In this document: one piece after another, positions 22,708 to 34,193 of the stretch
Layout: the number at the start of each line of letters is the position of its first letter
Position numbering within the stretch: position 1 is the stretch's first letter
Origin: Trichodelitschia bisporula
Lineage: Eukaryota
Direction: 5' to 3'
DNA length: 64,000 nucleotides
NCBI GenBank assembly: GCA_010356995.1
Contig: ML996702.1
Location: 617,609-681,608, forward strand
Made by a program: the position numbers and the translations under genes
Notes under the pieces: model-generated
What the model was told of the DNA's origin: nothing
Databases searched by the model: none
Seen by the model: only the letters and a program-made list of their open reading frames with translations

Positions 22708-25700
22708 ATGGCCTCCCCCGACGCCACCATCCACGTCTCGCCCCTCCCCTCCACCAACAGCCCTGACGCAACCGTCCCTCTCAAGGTCGAGTCGGCCGCA
22801 TTCCCTCCCCCAAAGACAGACAAGCCGCGTCCGCACGTGTGCACCACTTGCTCCCGGTCTTTCGCTCGTCTCGAACACCTCAAACGTCACGAGCGCTCGC
22901 ACACCAAGGAGAAGCCCTTCGAATGCCCGCAATGCACCCGCTGCTTCGCCCGCCGCGACCTGCTCTTACGTCACCAGCAGAAGCTACACCAGGCAGGAGC
23001 TACGTCCTCGCGTCCGCGGGGTCGTCGCGAGAGCACGAGCAGTGTGCAATCCGCGGTGAGGGTCCGCAAGAACTCCATTGCAGGCAATGTGCCGGGTGTC
23101 AATGGCGCTCCGCCGGCGACGATGCGGCCCCGGGCCAACACCATCTCGCACGTTGACAGCGCTGGTCTCGGCCTCGTCCGCGAGTTTTATCAGCCCGTGA
23201 ACTTCGAGTTTGACTACCGCCCGACCTTTCCTCTCCCGAAGCTCGAGACTCGCACGCCTATCGCTCCTGGCCTGCGGACGGCGCCTGTGCCCCAGGTCGA
23301 GTTTGACATGGACAAGCTGTTTGGTGCGAGCACCATCAATCCGGCGCAGCTGCACTTCCCCGGCTCCATAGGCGCGGATTTTACTCTGCGGGAGGGCGAA
23401 TGGGGTATGGAGACGCTCGAGGACGGGTCGTCGCCTTCGGCTATGAGCACCAACAGTCAGAGCGGCTTCAGCGAGGTGATGATTGATGGATCGAACCCGA
23501 TGTGGGGGATGACGACGAGCACGTACGACCCCGTCAGCGCTGCCGTCTTCCCGGAGCTGGTGAATCCCATGGGGACGATGGCTCCGCACGACCTCGATCA
23601 CCAAATGTCCGACAGCTTCCTGTTCTCCACACCCCCACCGCTGTCTGCCCTGAGCCCCACGGCCCCGCCGAATCACTTCTTTCACCAGCCTGTCTTTGGG
23701 TCCGATAACACTAGCGTGTCCTCGGCTGCTAGTGCCCGGCATAGCTCCATCACTTCCGTCTCCACTGGCTCCATCACCGATGCCACGCGCCAGGCGCTGC
23801 TCTACAGCCTCTCGCAGCCGTCCGGCTTCGGCGTGAGCAAGTTCACGCAGCCCATGTCTCCTGGTTTTGGGCGTCAAACGGTTCCGTTGCCAAGCACTGC
23901 CGACCTGCAGCGCTACGTCAGCGCTTATATCCACTACTTCCATCCGCACATGCCCTTCCTGCACATCCCGACGCTGAGCTTCGACTCGCCCGTGTTCACG
24001 AGCAACATGCGCGCTGCGCGGGGTCATGCTTATGGCGACGCGGGGAGTGTGGTTGGCGGCGGCGGGTGTCTGATTCTGGCCATGGCGGCCATAGGCGCTT
24101 CGTACGAGTTTGACCAAGTCATTGCAAAGGAGCTGTGGGAGGCGGCGAAGAAGATGATTAGCATCTACCTCGAGGAGCGCCGCAAGCTGAGCATGCCGTC
24201 GCTGGGCCCGCAGCCACATCACAAGACTCCGCTGTGGCTGGTGCAGGCCATGCTGCTGAACTTGATCTACGGACACCAGTGCGGTGACAAGGTGGCGGCC
24301 GATATTGCGACTACTCACTGCGCTGCGTTGGTCAGTCTGGCTAAGGCGGCTGAGCTCGACAAGCCGGACCCCGATATCGGCGCCGAGGAGGCGCGTGCTT
24401 ATGCCCTGCGCTACGGAGAGGATGTGGACATGGAAGCGCAGGACACGCGGCGCGTGGAACACGCAGAGTGGTTTCGGTGGAAAAACACAGAGGAGCGCAA
24501 GCGCACGCTGTTCGCCGTCTTTGTGCTGTCCAGCCTGCTCGTCACGGCCTACAACCATCAACCCAAGATCCTGAACTCGGAGCTACATGTCGATCTGCCA
24601 TGCGAAGAGAACCTCTGGGCAGCCGAGTCGCCCGATAACTGGAATGCCCTCGGCGGCATGCAGGCTATCAATTCGCGGCGCCTGTCCTTTGCCGATGCGC
24701 TTACCTTTCTGCTCACTGCCAGCCAGCGCCAGTCCGGTACGCAGCCAGGTCCGTTCTCACCTTTCGGTAGCACGGTGCCTTCGGCTGCCGTGCCACCGTC
24801 GCCGCTTAAGCCTAGCACCTTCGGTTGCTATGTGCTGATCAACGCGCTGCATGTCTACATCTGGGAGACGCGGCAGCGGCACGGCGGGCGTGCATGGAAG
24901 ACCCGCGAGACAGAGCGCATGCACGCAACCGTTGAACCCGCGCTACGCGCCTGGCAAGCAGCCTGGCACGCAAACCCGCAACACAATCTCGAAAGGCCGA
25001 ACCCCTACGGTCCCCTGCCGGCCGATTCTATCCCGCTTCTAGACCTAGCCTACGTGCGACTCTTCGTCAATCTCGGCCGCAGCAAGGAAGCCTTCTGGCA
25101 GCGCGACTTCGAAGGCATGGCGCTGGAGCTCGGGCGTGGTGTTGAGATTATCCAGCATGCGGAGAGCGAGGCCGCGAGCGAGGAGGAGGACACGTCGCGC
25201 CAGGCGAGTCCTGGAGCTGAGGCGAGGGATGCGATGGTGCTTGATAGTGAGGGGAGTGCGAGTCCCACCCCTGCGCCGCAGCCGGGGCAGAGCGGTAAGC
25301 GCGAGAAGCACTTGCGTAAAGCGGCGTTTTATGCCGCGGACTCGCTGTCCATGGCGGATAAGCTCGGCGTCACGTTTGCTGAGTTCACGAGCCGCGAGTT
25401 GCCGATTCAGGCGGCCATGTGCACGTTTGATTGTGCGCAGGTGCTGGCGGAGTGGATTGCTACGGTTCAAGAGAGGGTTGGACGGTTCTTGGGTGTGCTG
25501 GGGAGGGATGAAGTTGATTTTACGACTGTGCCGGCGATTATGCTGCTTGAGGACGAGGATTGCAAGCTTCTGGAGAAGGTGGGCGAGATACTGGCCCACG
25601 CGGATGTTAAGGCTAGGTTTGATGCGGCGGCTGCTGGGGGGCAGGGGGGTTATTTGGCGGTTCCTGCCGCGGGAGGGTTTGGGTCAAGGTTGTTGCTGGC

Positions 25701-25870
25701 GACGGCGTATATGCTGGATAAGGCGGCGGTTTGGGGGAGTGAGTTGCCCTTTTGTGATTTTCGTGGGGTGGTTGGCTAATTTGGTTGCAGTTACGAAGGT
25801 TATGGCCCGCTCGATGCAGCAGCATGCTGAGGTGCTGAAGCAGAGGGCTGAGGCGAGCTTGCAGGCGTAG
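22708..25870 (+). CDS. C2H2 zinc-finger transcription factor with a fungal-specific TF (middle homology) domain, AmdX/Adr1-like. Terminal intron 25739-25790.
   Basis: Two C2H2 fingers, [54 protein letters not shown], plus [25 protein letters not shown] and LPCEE. The intron GTGAGT...GCTAAT...CAG gives the end WGITKVMARS...SLQA*. Confidence 0.92.
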
Positions 25871-27007
25871 GGGGGGTTTATGATGACGCGGTTGACGACC
25901 GGAAATGTTGCGGATGGGAAAAATGAGGGTGATGAGGGAGGGGTTTGGGGACATATTTCTTAAAAATGGGCATGGATGAGGGATGGCCGGGCTCGCTGTG
26001 GGGGTATATAGGCGCTTTTTTATCACGATGGTGGTCTCTGTTCGTTCTTACGGGTTGCGGGTCGGGATTTTTGGACGGGATTGGGGTTCAGCGGAGGCGA
26101 CGGGCTGTTGAGCCTGGAATGGATGGGACGGAGGGCGTGGGCGTGACGACTGATGCGAACACGATCTTGCAAGCTTTTTCTTCATTGCGGGGCTGGGGGA
26201 TCGGTCGCTATCTTGTGCTCTGTGTGTGGGCTGCGGGAGCTGGAACTGGGATTGAGGCTGGGTTTCATAGGGGTGTATGGCGCTTTTTTCCCTGCCGAAT
26301 TTGATGTTGATGATGAGGGATGAGGAGAGAGGAGGGGTGAGATGTAGTGTTGGTAATTGCAAATTATCCGCCGTTGGGGCAATGAGTACTTCTGAATGCC
26401 GTGAAGGGGAACGTGGGACGATGACACTCATGCCCTGTCCTTACCTCATCCCCGATCTCTGAACGTGGAACCGCGACCGGCAGCATGGCGGTTGAGATCC
26501 CGTCAGCTTCCGCACTGTCGAACGGCCCCGGAGCTCGAGTCCACTGAGCGGGCTCGACCTGCCGGCCCGTAATGTCAGCAATGTGCTGTTTGCGCGTTCT
26601 TCGCTGCGTGTAGGGTGGCCAGTTACACGGATAACGCTAGACAGAAAGACCGGCCACGCCATCCTCGGCCGCAAGACAGATATGTGTCCATGCCAATCTT
26701 CCTCTGTACATACCGCAGCTTCGCTCCAAGCGTCGTCTACGGGCCTTAAATCCTGTCCGACCGGCCATTTTCCTCTTCAGTTCCCGCTTCCTGCGGTCCC
26801 GGGGACGAGGGAGGGGCCGTATCGGGCCTTCCGGGCGGCGATGAGCAGTTTAAAAGTAAGGCCGGGACCGGAGGGGATGGAAATGGTCGAGGAGTCTCGA
26901 GGTCCGGAGATGAGGGTTTGCGGTGGCGTTGATGGCGGTAGTGGTCCCCCCCGGGCTGGATATGGCTTTGGCGCCTGGGTTGGATGGAGAAGAGCGGAAG
27001 GGGGAAA

Positions 27008-27128
27008 AGATACAGCGACTTGGGGTGAGATGCTGGGTATATGCGCGGATCTTACTAGTTAGCCGGTTCGTAGGTTGACTTCGGTGAGCGGACGGGGAGG
27101 GGTGCTGAGGCGTCCTGTGGCCGTATGT
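27008..27128 (-). pseudogene. Dispersed, degenerate 5S rRNA pseudogene
   Basis: Minus strand reads acatacggccacaggacgcctcagcacccctccccgtccgctcaccgaagtcaacctacgaaccggctaactagta...ccagca...aagtcgctgtatct followed by a T-run. Co-linear with the array 5S sequence and preceded by catctgtc like array copy 1. Confidence 0.8.
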
Positions 27129-27601
27129 ACCGGACAGATGAGCAGGAACACTTATGGGGCTGGCATTCGAGACCGCTGGACCTATAAGCTAGCACCCGTG
27201 AGCCAGCCCCTGAGTCTATACCGCCACCGCTTGGACTTACCCGGCCCATAGTAAGCAGTCGAGCACTTTAAGCAGTGGTTGATGTGTCTTCTCCGTGGTT
27301 GAAGGAATACTAGCGCCTCCTACGGCCTCCGTAGCTATTTTCGCTGTGAAGCATAGGCGAAGGGACACTTGAAGTACGTTTTCAGCCTATATTTAAGAGC
27401 TCCAGATGTGGACCATCAGACGCTCCATACATATTTTTCTAGCATTTGAGCGAGATCATAAGGCTTGGACCGTGTTCTTAACAAACAGCCTGATACAACC
27501 CGAACGCCAGATAGCCTTTCGTACGTCTATCACCAGCCATGAACCTCAGCCTCCCATCGTCGCACGTCCAGCAACGAAGAGACAACCGCAAATCCCACAC
27601 C

Positions 27602-29235
27602 CTAAACCTCAAAAACACCCCCCCAGCCCGCCCTCAGATCCGCAATATCAACCCTGTACCCCCTCCACTGCTCCAGTCCACGCTTAACCTCCCTCACCCT
27701 CTCCAACCGCGCCTTCTCCTCCTCCTCCCTCGCCTTCCGAAACGCCTCCTCATCAAACGCAAACTCGTCATCACTCCACTGTCCCTGTCCCTGCGCCTTA
27801 AGACTCTGCTTCCGCGCCCTACCCCCCTTGGGCAAATCCCCCGTGAACGCACTGATCCCACTGCTAATCACGTCCGTCAACGTGCTGTGCCCTTTCTTCC
27901 CGCCCACCGGGCTCTGCAGGTCGACTTCCTCGAACCCCTCAAGCGTGGGCTGCAATCCCCGCCGCGCCTCCAACCATCCTCCCCGCTGGAGCTCGAACAC
28001 TTCGGCTTCGAGCGCGCGCACCCGCGCCCGCAGCCCCGCTGCAATCTCCGCCTCCAACTCCTCAACGGCTTCCTCGTCGCCGACGTGCATGGCGGCCGCG
28101 CGCTTCAGACGCGCGTTTTCGTCCGTCAGCGCTGCGATGCGTGTGCGCAGCTCGTCGACGCCTTGCGTCTGGATCTGGCTTTGGCTGGCGGAGCGTGTTT
28201 TGAGTGCGGTCAGGGCGTCGACTTTCTTGCTCAACGTTGCGGCGCGGGTGGTTGCTTCCGCGGCGGCGGTTTCTGAGGCTGCGAGTTTGGTTTCCAGGGA
28301 TGCGATGTGCGCGCGTGCGGCGGCGAGGTCGGGTGCTGCGCTTGCGGCGGCGAGTTGCGCGCGGAGGTCTGTGGCTTCGGCGTTTGAGGTGAGGAGTTCG
28401 GCGGTGGACGATGAGAGTGCTGCTTCGAGCTCTGTGATGCGCGCGGTTTGCGTGGCAGACGTAGCTTGCAGGGTAGAGAGTTGGGTAGTGAGCTTCGAGA
28501 GCTCGAGCTCCAGCGTAGTGATAGTGTTCGTCTTCGACGCTAGGTCCGCAGCTGCATCTGAAGGCCCCGCCTGGGACGTGCTAATCCGCCGCCGGGAGCT
28601 AGACTGCAACGCCGCATTCTGACGCTGCAGGGAAGCAATATCCGTACGCTGTGGAAAGTTATTACGAGAAATATTAAGAGATGAGTAAAGGTAACCTACG
28701 AGCTTCTCCAGCTCGGTATCCGCTTGCTCGGCTTGCTTCGCCTTGGAGCGTAACTCGGCGACGCTTGAGTTTGCCTCGCGGAGCTCCTCAAGCTCGTCTT
28801 CCAGCTTGCGCCAGCGCGCTTGTGCGGCCTGGGTTTCGGAAACGAGGCGCTTGTTCTCACGCTCTAACTCCTCGATGCGCTGCGCTTGCTTCTTGTAGAT
28901 GTCGGTCACGCTGTCGCTCGGGGAGGACGGGCTAAGAGGCGAGCTGCCCTTGCGGAAGGACTCGGAGCGTAACTTGGATTGCGCGGGCGCCGAGGGCTCT
29001 TCGGGCTCGGGCTCGGGCTCGGGAGCAGCGGCGGCTTCGGGCTCTGCTTCGGGGACGGGCGAGGCACCGCGTGAGAGCGGCTTATCTTTATCGTCTTTTT
29101 TGGCCGCCTTCTTGCCCTTCTGTTTCTTCAACTGCTCATACTGCGGGGCCAGTTAGCTGTAATTATGATAAGGGGCGAACGACGGACCCGCTTCTTAGCT
29201 GCGGCGAGCTTCTCGGCTTTCTCGTCATCCGCCAT
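27602..29235 (-). CDS. Long coiled-coil protein, probably a Bug1/GM130-like golgin (Grh1/GRASP partner). Introns 29141-29187 and 28649-28699.
   Basis: N-terminus MADDEKAEKLAAAKKR|YEQLKKQKGKK resembles the basic GM130/Bug1 N-terminus. Extensive heptad coiled coil. C-terminal QWRGYRVDIADLRAGWGGVFEV resembles the Bug1-type tail (family assignment from recollection). Canonical splice signals. Confidence 0.75.
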
Positions 29236-29534
29236 GGTGGGTTGTGTGGAAAATGGGTGCAAACGGGTGTTGTAAAAGTGAGGTGAAGTTATTCGGTGTA
29301 CACAAGGCGCAACGTGGAATGAAGTGAAGTGAATTAGTGCCTGATGATATGTGCTTGGCGCCTGAGGCATATTGTTGGTGCTTGAGTGGAGGCACGTGCG
29401 CGGCGCGTCATTCGGGAGTCCGTGCGGGCGGGCCACTTCATCACGTCCCATCTCAACACCTCCACTTCCTCTCTCCACTCTATCACCAACCTCACCTTTC
29501 AACATTACCACCACGCCCCAACGCGCCCATCACC

Positions 29535-30868
29535 ATGTCGTCCTCCGGTGATGAGACCATCCCAGCACCCAGCTCGCCCCCCTCGAACCTCGCCTTCCTT
29601 GTTCACAATCAGAACACGCTGCTGCACAAGCTCCCACCGGACGTGGACAACAAGCCTCTCGCACGTCAAAAGCGCCGCCGCACCAGCCCCGAAGACCAAA
29701 AGATACTAGAAGCAGAATACGCGCGCAATTCTAAGCCCGACAAGGCAGCTCGCATGGCCATTGTGTCCAAAGTCGCGCTCGGCGAGAAAGAAGTCCAGGT
29801 AACGCGTCCCGAACGCGCCTATGCTACCCCCACTCTAACACAACACTCTCACAGATATGGTTCCAAAACCGTCGCCAGAACTCGCGGAGGAAAAGCAAGC
29901 CCCTCGACCACCACCCCTCCTCCGACCCTACCGAAAAGGGCGCCGAAGATGACGCGGCCGAGTCGACGGACGACGCGTCCGACCCCGCCGAAACGAACAA
30001 ACTACCCGCCTCGTCTAACTCCTCTACCGAAACACCGACTCTCTCCTTCCCCGTCCCCGAACCACGTCCGACGAGCTACCTCGCGAACCGGCGCTCCGCG
30101 TCCTTCAACCGCGCCCCGGTCTCGGCCCCTGCACCAACCGTAGCACCCGCACCCGTATCCACCCCCCGCGTCCGCCGCACAGGTTCCTACCTACGCCTGA
30201 GCACCACCCCCGCCGGCACAGCGCAAATCATCGACCGCGCCACGTCTCCCTCTCCTCCACGCGCCCGCCCCGTCCCTTCCCCTATCACACCCATCCCTCC
30301 CCCCTCCCTCGCCCCGCCCTCCCTCCGCCGCACCTTCAGCGCCGCAAACCTGGACCCCACCTCTCCCGCAGCCAAGGTGCCGCGCATGGGCCGCTCGCGC
30401 GACTCCCGGCAGTGGGAGTTCTGGGCCGAGGCGGGCGCGCGCGCGAAGGAGGATGCTGAGAGTGGGAGTGCGGTGGATGCGATTGGGCAGATGAGGCGGA
30501 GGGGGGTGAGGAGGACGTTTGGAGGAGGGAGTGCCCCGAATGGGCAGGGATTGAGGAGGAGTGCGACGGCGAAGGGGCGCTTGGAGGGGGGGAAGAAGGC
30601 TCGTCTTGGGCTGGGGATTGAGGACGAGAAGGAGAATTGGGATCCGGAGAGTGGGGCGTTGCATGGGGTGGATGGGACGGTGAATGGCGGGGGATTGGTG
30701 GAGAAGGGGAAGAGGGATAGTGGGGTGGCTATTGTTGGCCCCGAGGTTGATCCGGAGGTTAGCAAGTTTATGGAGGGCGGGGATAGGGGGAGTAGTGGGA
30801 AGGGGAGCGAGGATTTGGACTGTGTGCAGAGTTTGTTAAGTTTGAGTCAGGGGAATTGGGGGGCTTGA
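29535..30868 (+). CDS. Homeobox transcription factor, Yox1/Yhp1-like. Intron 29799-29854.
   Basis: RQKRRRTSPEDQKILEAEY...PDKAARMAIVSKVALGEKEVQ|IWFQNRRQNSRRK. The intron GTAACG...CTAAC...CAG sits in helix 3. Exon 2 is in frame to the stop at 30868 and ends in DCVQSLLSLSQGNW. Confidence 0.9.
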
Positions 30869-31035
30869 TATTTCCGGTGTTCGATTTTGGGGGAAGCATG
30901 ATGGGTCATGGTATGGAGGGATGGTGTTACGGGATATCGGCGTTACGTGTGAGAAAATACTCCAATTGATTTACGTGCGCTATTTCATCATCACCTGTAC
31001 CCCATCCGGACTTCGCTATGCAAACTGCTCGTCGT

Positions 31036-32882
31036 CTATTCCCGCTCTTTCCTGGCTCCGCCCTCCTTCTCCCACATCTCCAATAGCCTAGTCCCAACCC
31101 CCCCGCCCGCCCACCACGCCCCCGTCACCGTCCCCACCGCCACAAATGGCGCGGTATGCTCCCCCGCAAACCAAACCCCGCGCTCGGGACACCCCTCCCT
31201 CAGCGCCCTTATATCCCCGTCCGCATCCTTAACACCAACCGGAAAATTAGTATAACTCCCTTCCCCCGCCAACTCATCCTTCGCCCAATGCGTGCTCAAT
31301 ATGCTCCGCGGCTGGTGGTCTGGATTCGTGGCGTCGTAGTGCGGGAGACGGGTTAGGTATGGTTGTAGGCAGGGCAGGAGCGGGTGCGAGGCGGCGGGGA
31401 GGTGCAGGATGGGGGAGGAGGTGGTGGGGGGGGTGGGGGTTTGGGTGGCGAGGGTGGTCCAGGCGCTGGAGAGCGGGCCTGAGATGTAGAATAGGAGGGT
31501 GGGGTGGGATGTCCCCTCGGGGAGGGCGGCGAGGTTGAATGCTTCGACGGCGTGGCTGGATGGATTTGTGGCAGTGGCGTAGGCGGGCTGGAGCCAGGTT
31601 GTGAAGCCTTGGATGTGTGGGGGGAGGTCGTCGGTGGGGGGTTTATCTGCAGGGGGTATATCTGTGGTGGGTATATCTGCGGGGGGGAAGCCGGTGGCTA
31701 TGGAGGGGGGAGGGACGGGGGCGGGGATGGTGGAGGAGTCGGTGGTGGGGGAGGGGGGCGAGTCCCAGAAGGCGCGCGGAAAGGAGACGTAGATCTAGCA
31801 AGTTAGGGTTAGGGTTAAGGGGAAGGGGGGAAGACTCGCCTTCTCCAGGTTCCCATACCCGAGTGCCTCGATAGCTAATTGCACGCGCTGCGGCAGCGGT
31901 GGGTCGAATGCATCCGAATGCCGTTTCAACCACCCCAGCGGCGCGGTGACGACTACATGATCGAACACCTCTTCCCTGCCACCCCTCGTCACAACCCCCA
32001 CACCCCCCTCCGGCCTCGTCACAACCCTCTCAACCACAGCCCCAAACCTAACCTCCTCCACACCCTCCAACACCGGCTGCGTCAACACATCCAAAACCTT
32101 CCTATACGTCCCCGCGCAGAAAAGATTCTCCCCATCCAAACACTCCTCCAACCACAAAAACCTCAAACTCTGCCCCGCAGTCGTGCCCCCAATATACCCG
32201 CCCCACAACTGCGCCATCCGTCCCACCAGCAGCCTCTTCTCCGCATCCGAGCGGCCATCCGGCGTGGGTGCAAAGGGAGGGAGGTTCTGTATGTTGGTGT
32301 GGATGAAATCTAGCAGACTCATGTCCGAGGGTATGTTCGCCCAGTTCGCATTACTGTGCGCAAAGGCCGTGTCGACGAGCGACCACATGGCTTCTGTGAC
32401 TTGGGTTGTTGTTTCCTTGGGCAGGGGGGCGCCGGAGGGGGTGAAGGAGAGTTGCCGAGACCCCCAGGTGTGGGTTGGGGTTTTGGTGGAGCGGACGAGG
32501 TCGTGGATTGGGTTGTCTTGCGTGCCGTGGATCCAGTTCGGGCCGCTGCTTGCTTAGCCTTAATCACTTCCCATCCAGACGGCGCTTACAGGTCAACCAC
32601 ATGCCCGTCCAGCGTTGCTTGCGCGAGCTTGATTGTCAGCCTTGTGGGTTAGGGGAGAGAGGGAGAGCCTACCCGCCCACCAACACGATCCCGCCCTTCA
32701 AGCACGGTTACGCGGGCGCCGCCTTTCATAAGCACTTCCGCCGCGCGCAACCCCGCTACGCCCGCACCTATGACGCATACCCGCGGCCCCGGCGGACTCG
32801 CCGAGTTAAAGCTGATCGGCGAGTCGAGATCTTCGCTCGCCGCGGCGGGGGGCGGCCGCGTGGCGGCTAGGTCAGCGGCCAT
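31036..32882 (-). CDS. Flavin-containing amine (polyamine) oxidase, FMS1-like. Three introns, including a GC-AG intron at 31795-31839. Alternative start at 32939.
   Basis: VCVIGAGVAGLRAA...LEGRDRVGGR|LAQATLDGHVVDL|GPNWIHGT, then VVVTAPLGWLK, LGYGNLEK|IYVSFPRAFW, THWAKDELAGEGSY and FAGEHTAPFVAVGTVTGAW. Confidence 0.9.
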
Positions 32883-33912
32883 GAGGGAGGGGGTGCGGAG
32901 GGTGGAGAGAGAGGGGGGCTTGAGGGGGGTTAGAACCATGATGGAAAGTTTGGAACGATAGAACTAGTTGGGGGAATGATGGAGTAACGGGAGTGGGATT
33001 GGGGATATGCGGTACGCTGGGTGTGAGGCTGTGATGGATGCGGGGGGGGAAGGCTAGCTGTGCAAGCTATGGGCTTTGAGGGCAGGTGCCGCGGGGGTGA
33101 TATCGCTCTGACGATGCGCGTGGATGCCTCTCGCTCGCACTCCCACGAATCAAGGCAGCCAGCCCGTGCTCTCACAGTCCAAAGCTTCACGGGCGGTAAC
33201 AGTAGATGTTGAGCTGTAGCTCGCCACTCACCGCGTCAAGCCTAAGCTCCTTATGCCTTATCAGCCGGCCTCGGGCCCGACCGCGCGGCTGGCGACCCCT
33301 AGCTACTAGACGGAAGCTAAGCAGGCACGTTCCGTGCCCGAGGCTGGGGGAACCCGGGATGGTGGATTAGGGCCGGGGGGAGCGGTTCCGATGGCAGGGG
33401 GTTCGGTGGAGGGGAAGGGCTCCACTGGGGGATATCGGGGGTGTCGTGGTTGGTGGCCGGAGTTGTTGATACGTAGGAGGTATTACGGTGATAGAGGCGG
33501 CGAGACGAGAGGAGGTGAGGCGTACGGACTGCCCCGCCTTTCGTGAGAGGGCGGGACGCCGAATTGTTACTCCGGTGGGAGGTGGGGCGGCAGGCTGCAT
33601 TGCATTGGCGTCGAGGGGGATTTTATAGAGGAAGTTCGGTTATTGGAGTAGAGATAGACCAAAAGAGAAGGAAAGTCTATCGGATTCCGTATTATGATAC
33701 ATCGCAGCCTCCTGCCCGCTTATGAAGGTGTGTCAGCTCTCGGATTTGAAGCTCAGCTCCATCGTCAAAAGTTGCCGACTTCAACCCGCTTCCGATATCT
33801 CCACTCCTCACAAATGTCGTCCACTTCCCCTCAAAATACGATCGACGTCCGTTCCTGAGCCAAAAAGCAACAGGCCTGGTCCACAGGACTTGGGACAAAA
33901 AGACAAAATAGA

Positions 33913-33984
33913 TAGTCCAACAGGGGATCGAACCCTGGACCTTCTGCGTGTGAAGCAGACGTCATACCACTAGACCATTAGACT
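33913..33984 (-). tRNA. tRNA-Val(CAC), intronless
   Basis: agtctaatggtctagtggtatgacgtctgcttCACacgcagaaggtccagggttcgatcccctgttggacta folds as a cloverleaf with anticodon stem tctgc/gcaga and T-loop ttcgatc, with a downstream T-run. Confidence 0.95.
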
Positions 33985-34193
33985 GGATTGGGCGCTTTGA
34001 TGGGATGAAAGCCGGCGTAAACAAATATATCCCAAAAATTAGCAAATGCTGGCTCACTAACCCTAACCCTATCTCGAGTATCAGAGTTCAACAACACCAC
34101 GCCCAATTGACCACCAAAGCGACCCAGCTTCATATGACATCTACAACAGCACCCAAACGCCAAGCATGCTACACAATCCCATGCCCAAACCCT

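Noticed and set aside
22984..24561. 525-aa antisense ORF, and similar long shadow ORFs over the NAD kinase, HMT1, VPS38 and MHR1 genes
   Set aside because: Explained by the GC-rich codon bias of the real gene on the opposite strand; no motifs recognised.
34057..34070. ctaaccctaaccct as a telomerase template or interstitial telomere
   Set aside because: Only 2.3 units, squeezed between tRNA-Val and the VPS38 3' end. There is no room for a telomerase RNA, and such runs are expected in C-skewed DNA.
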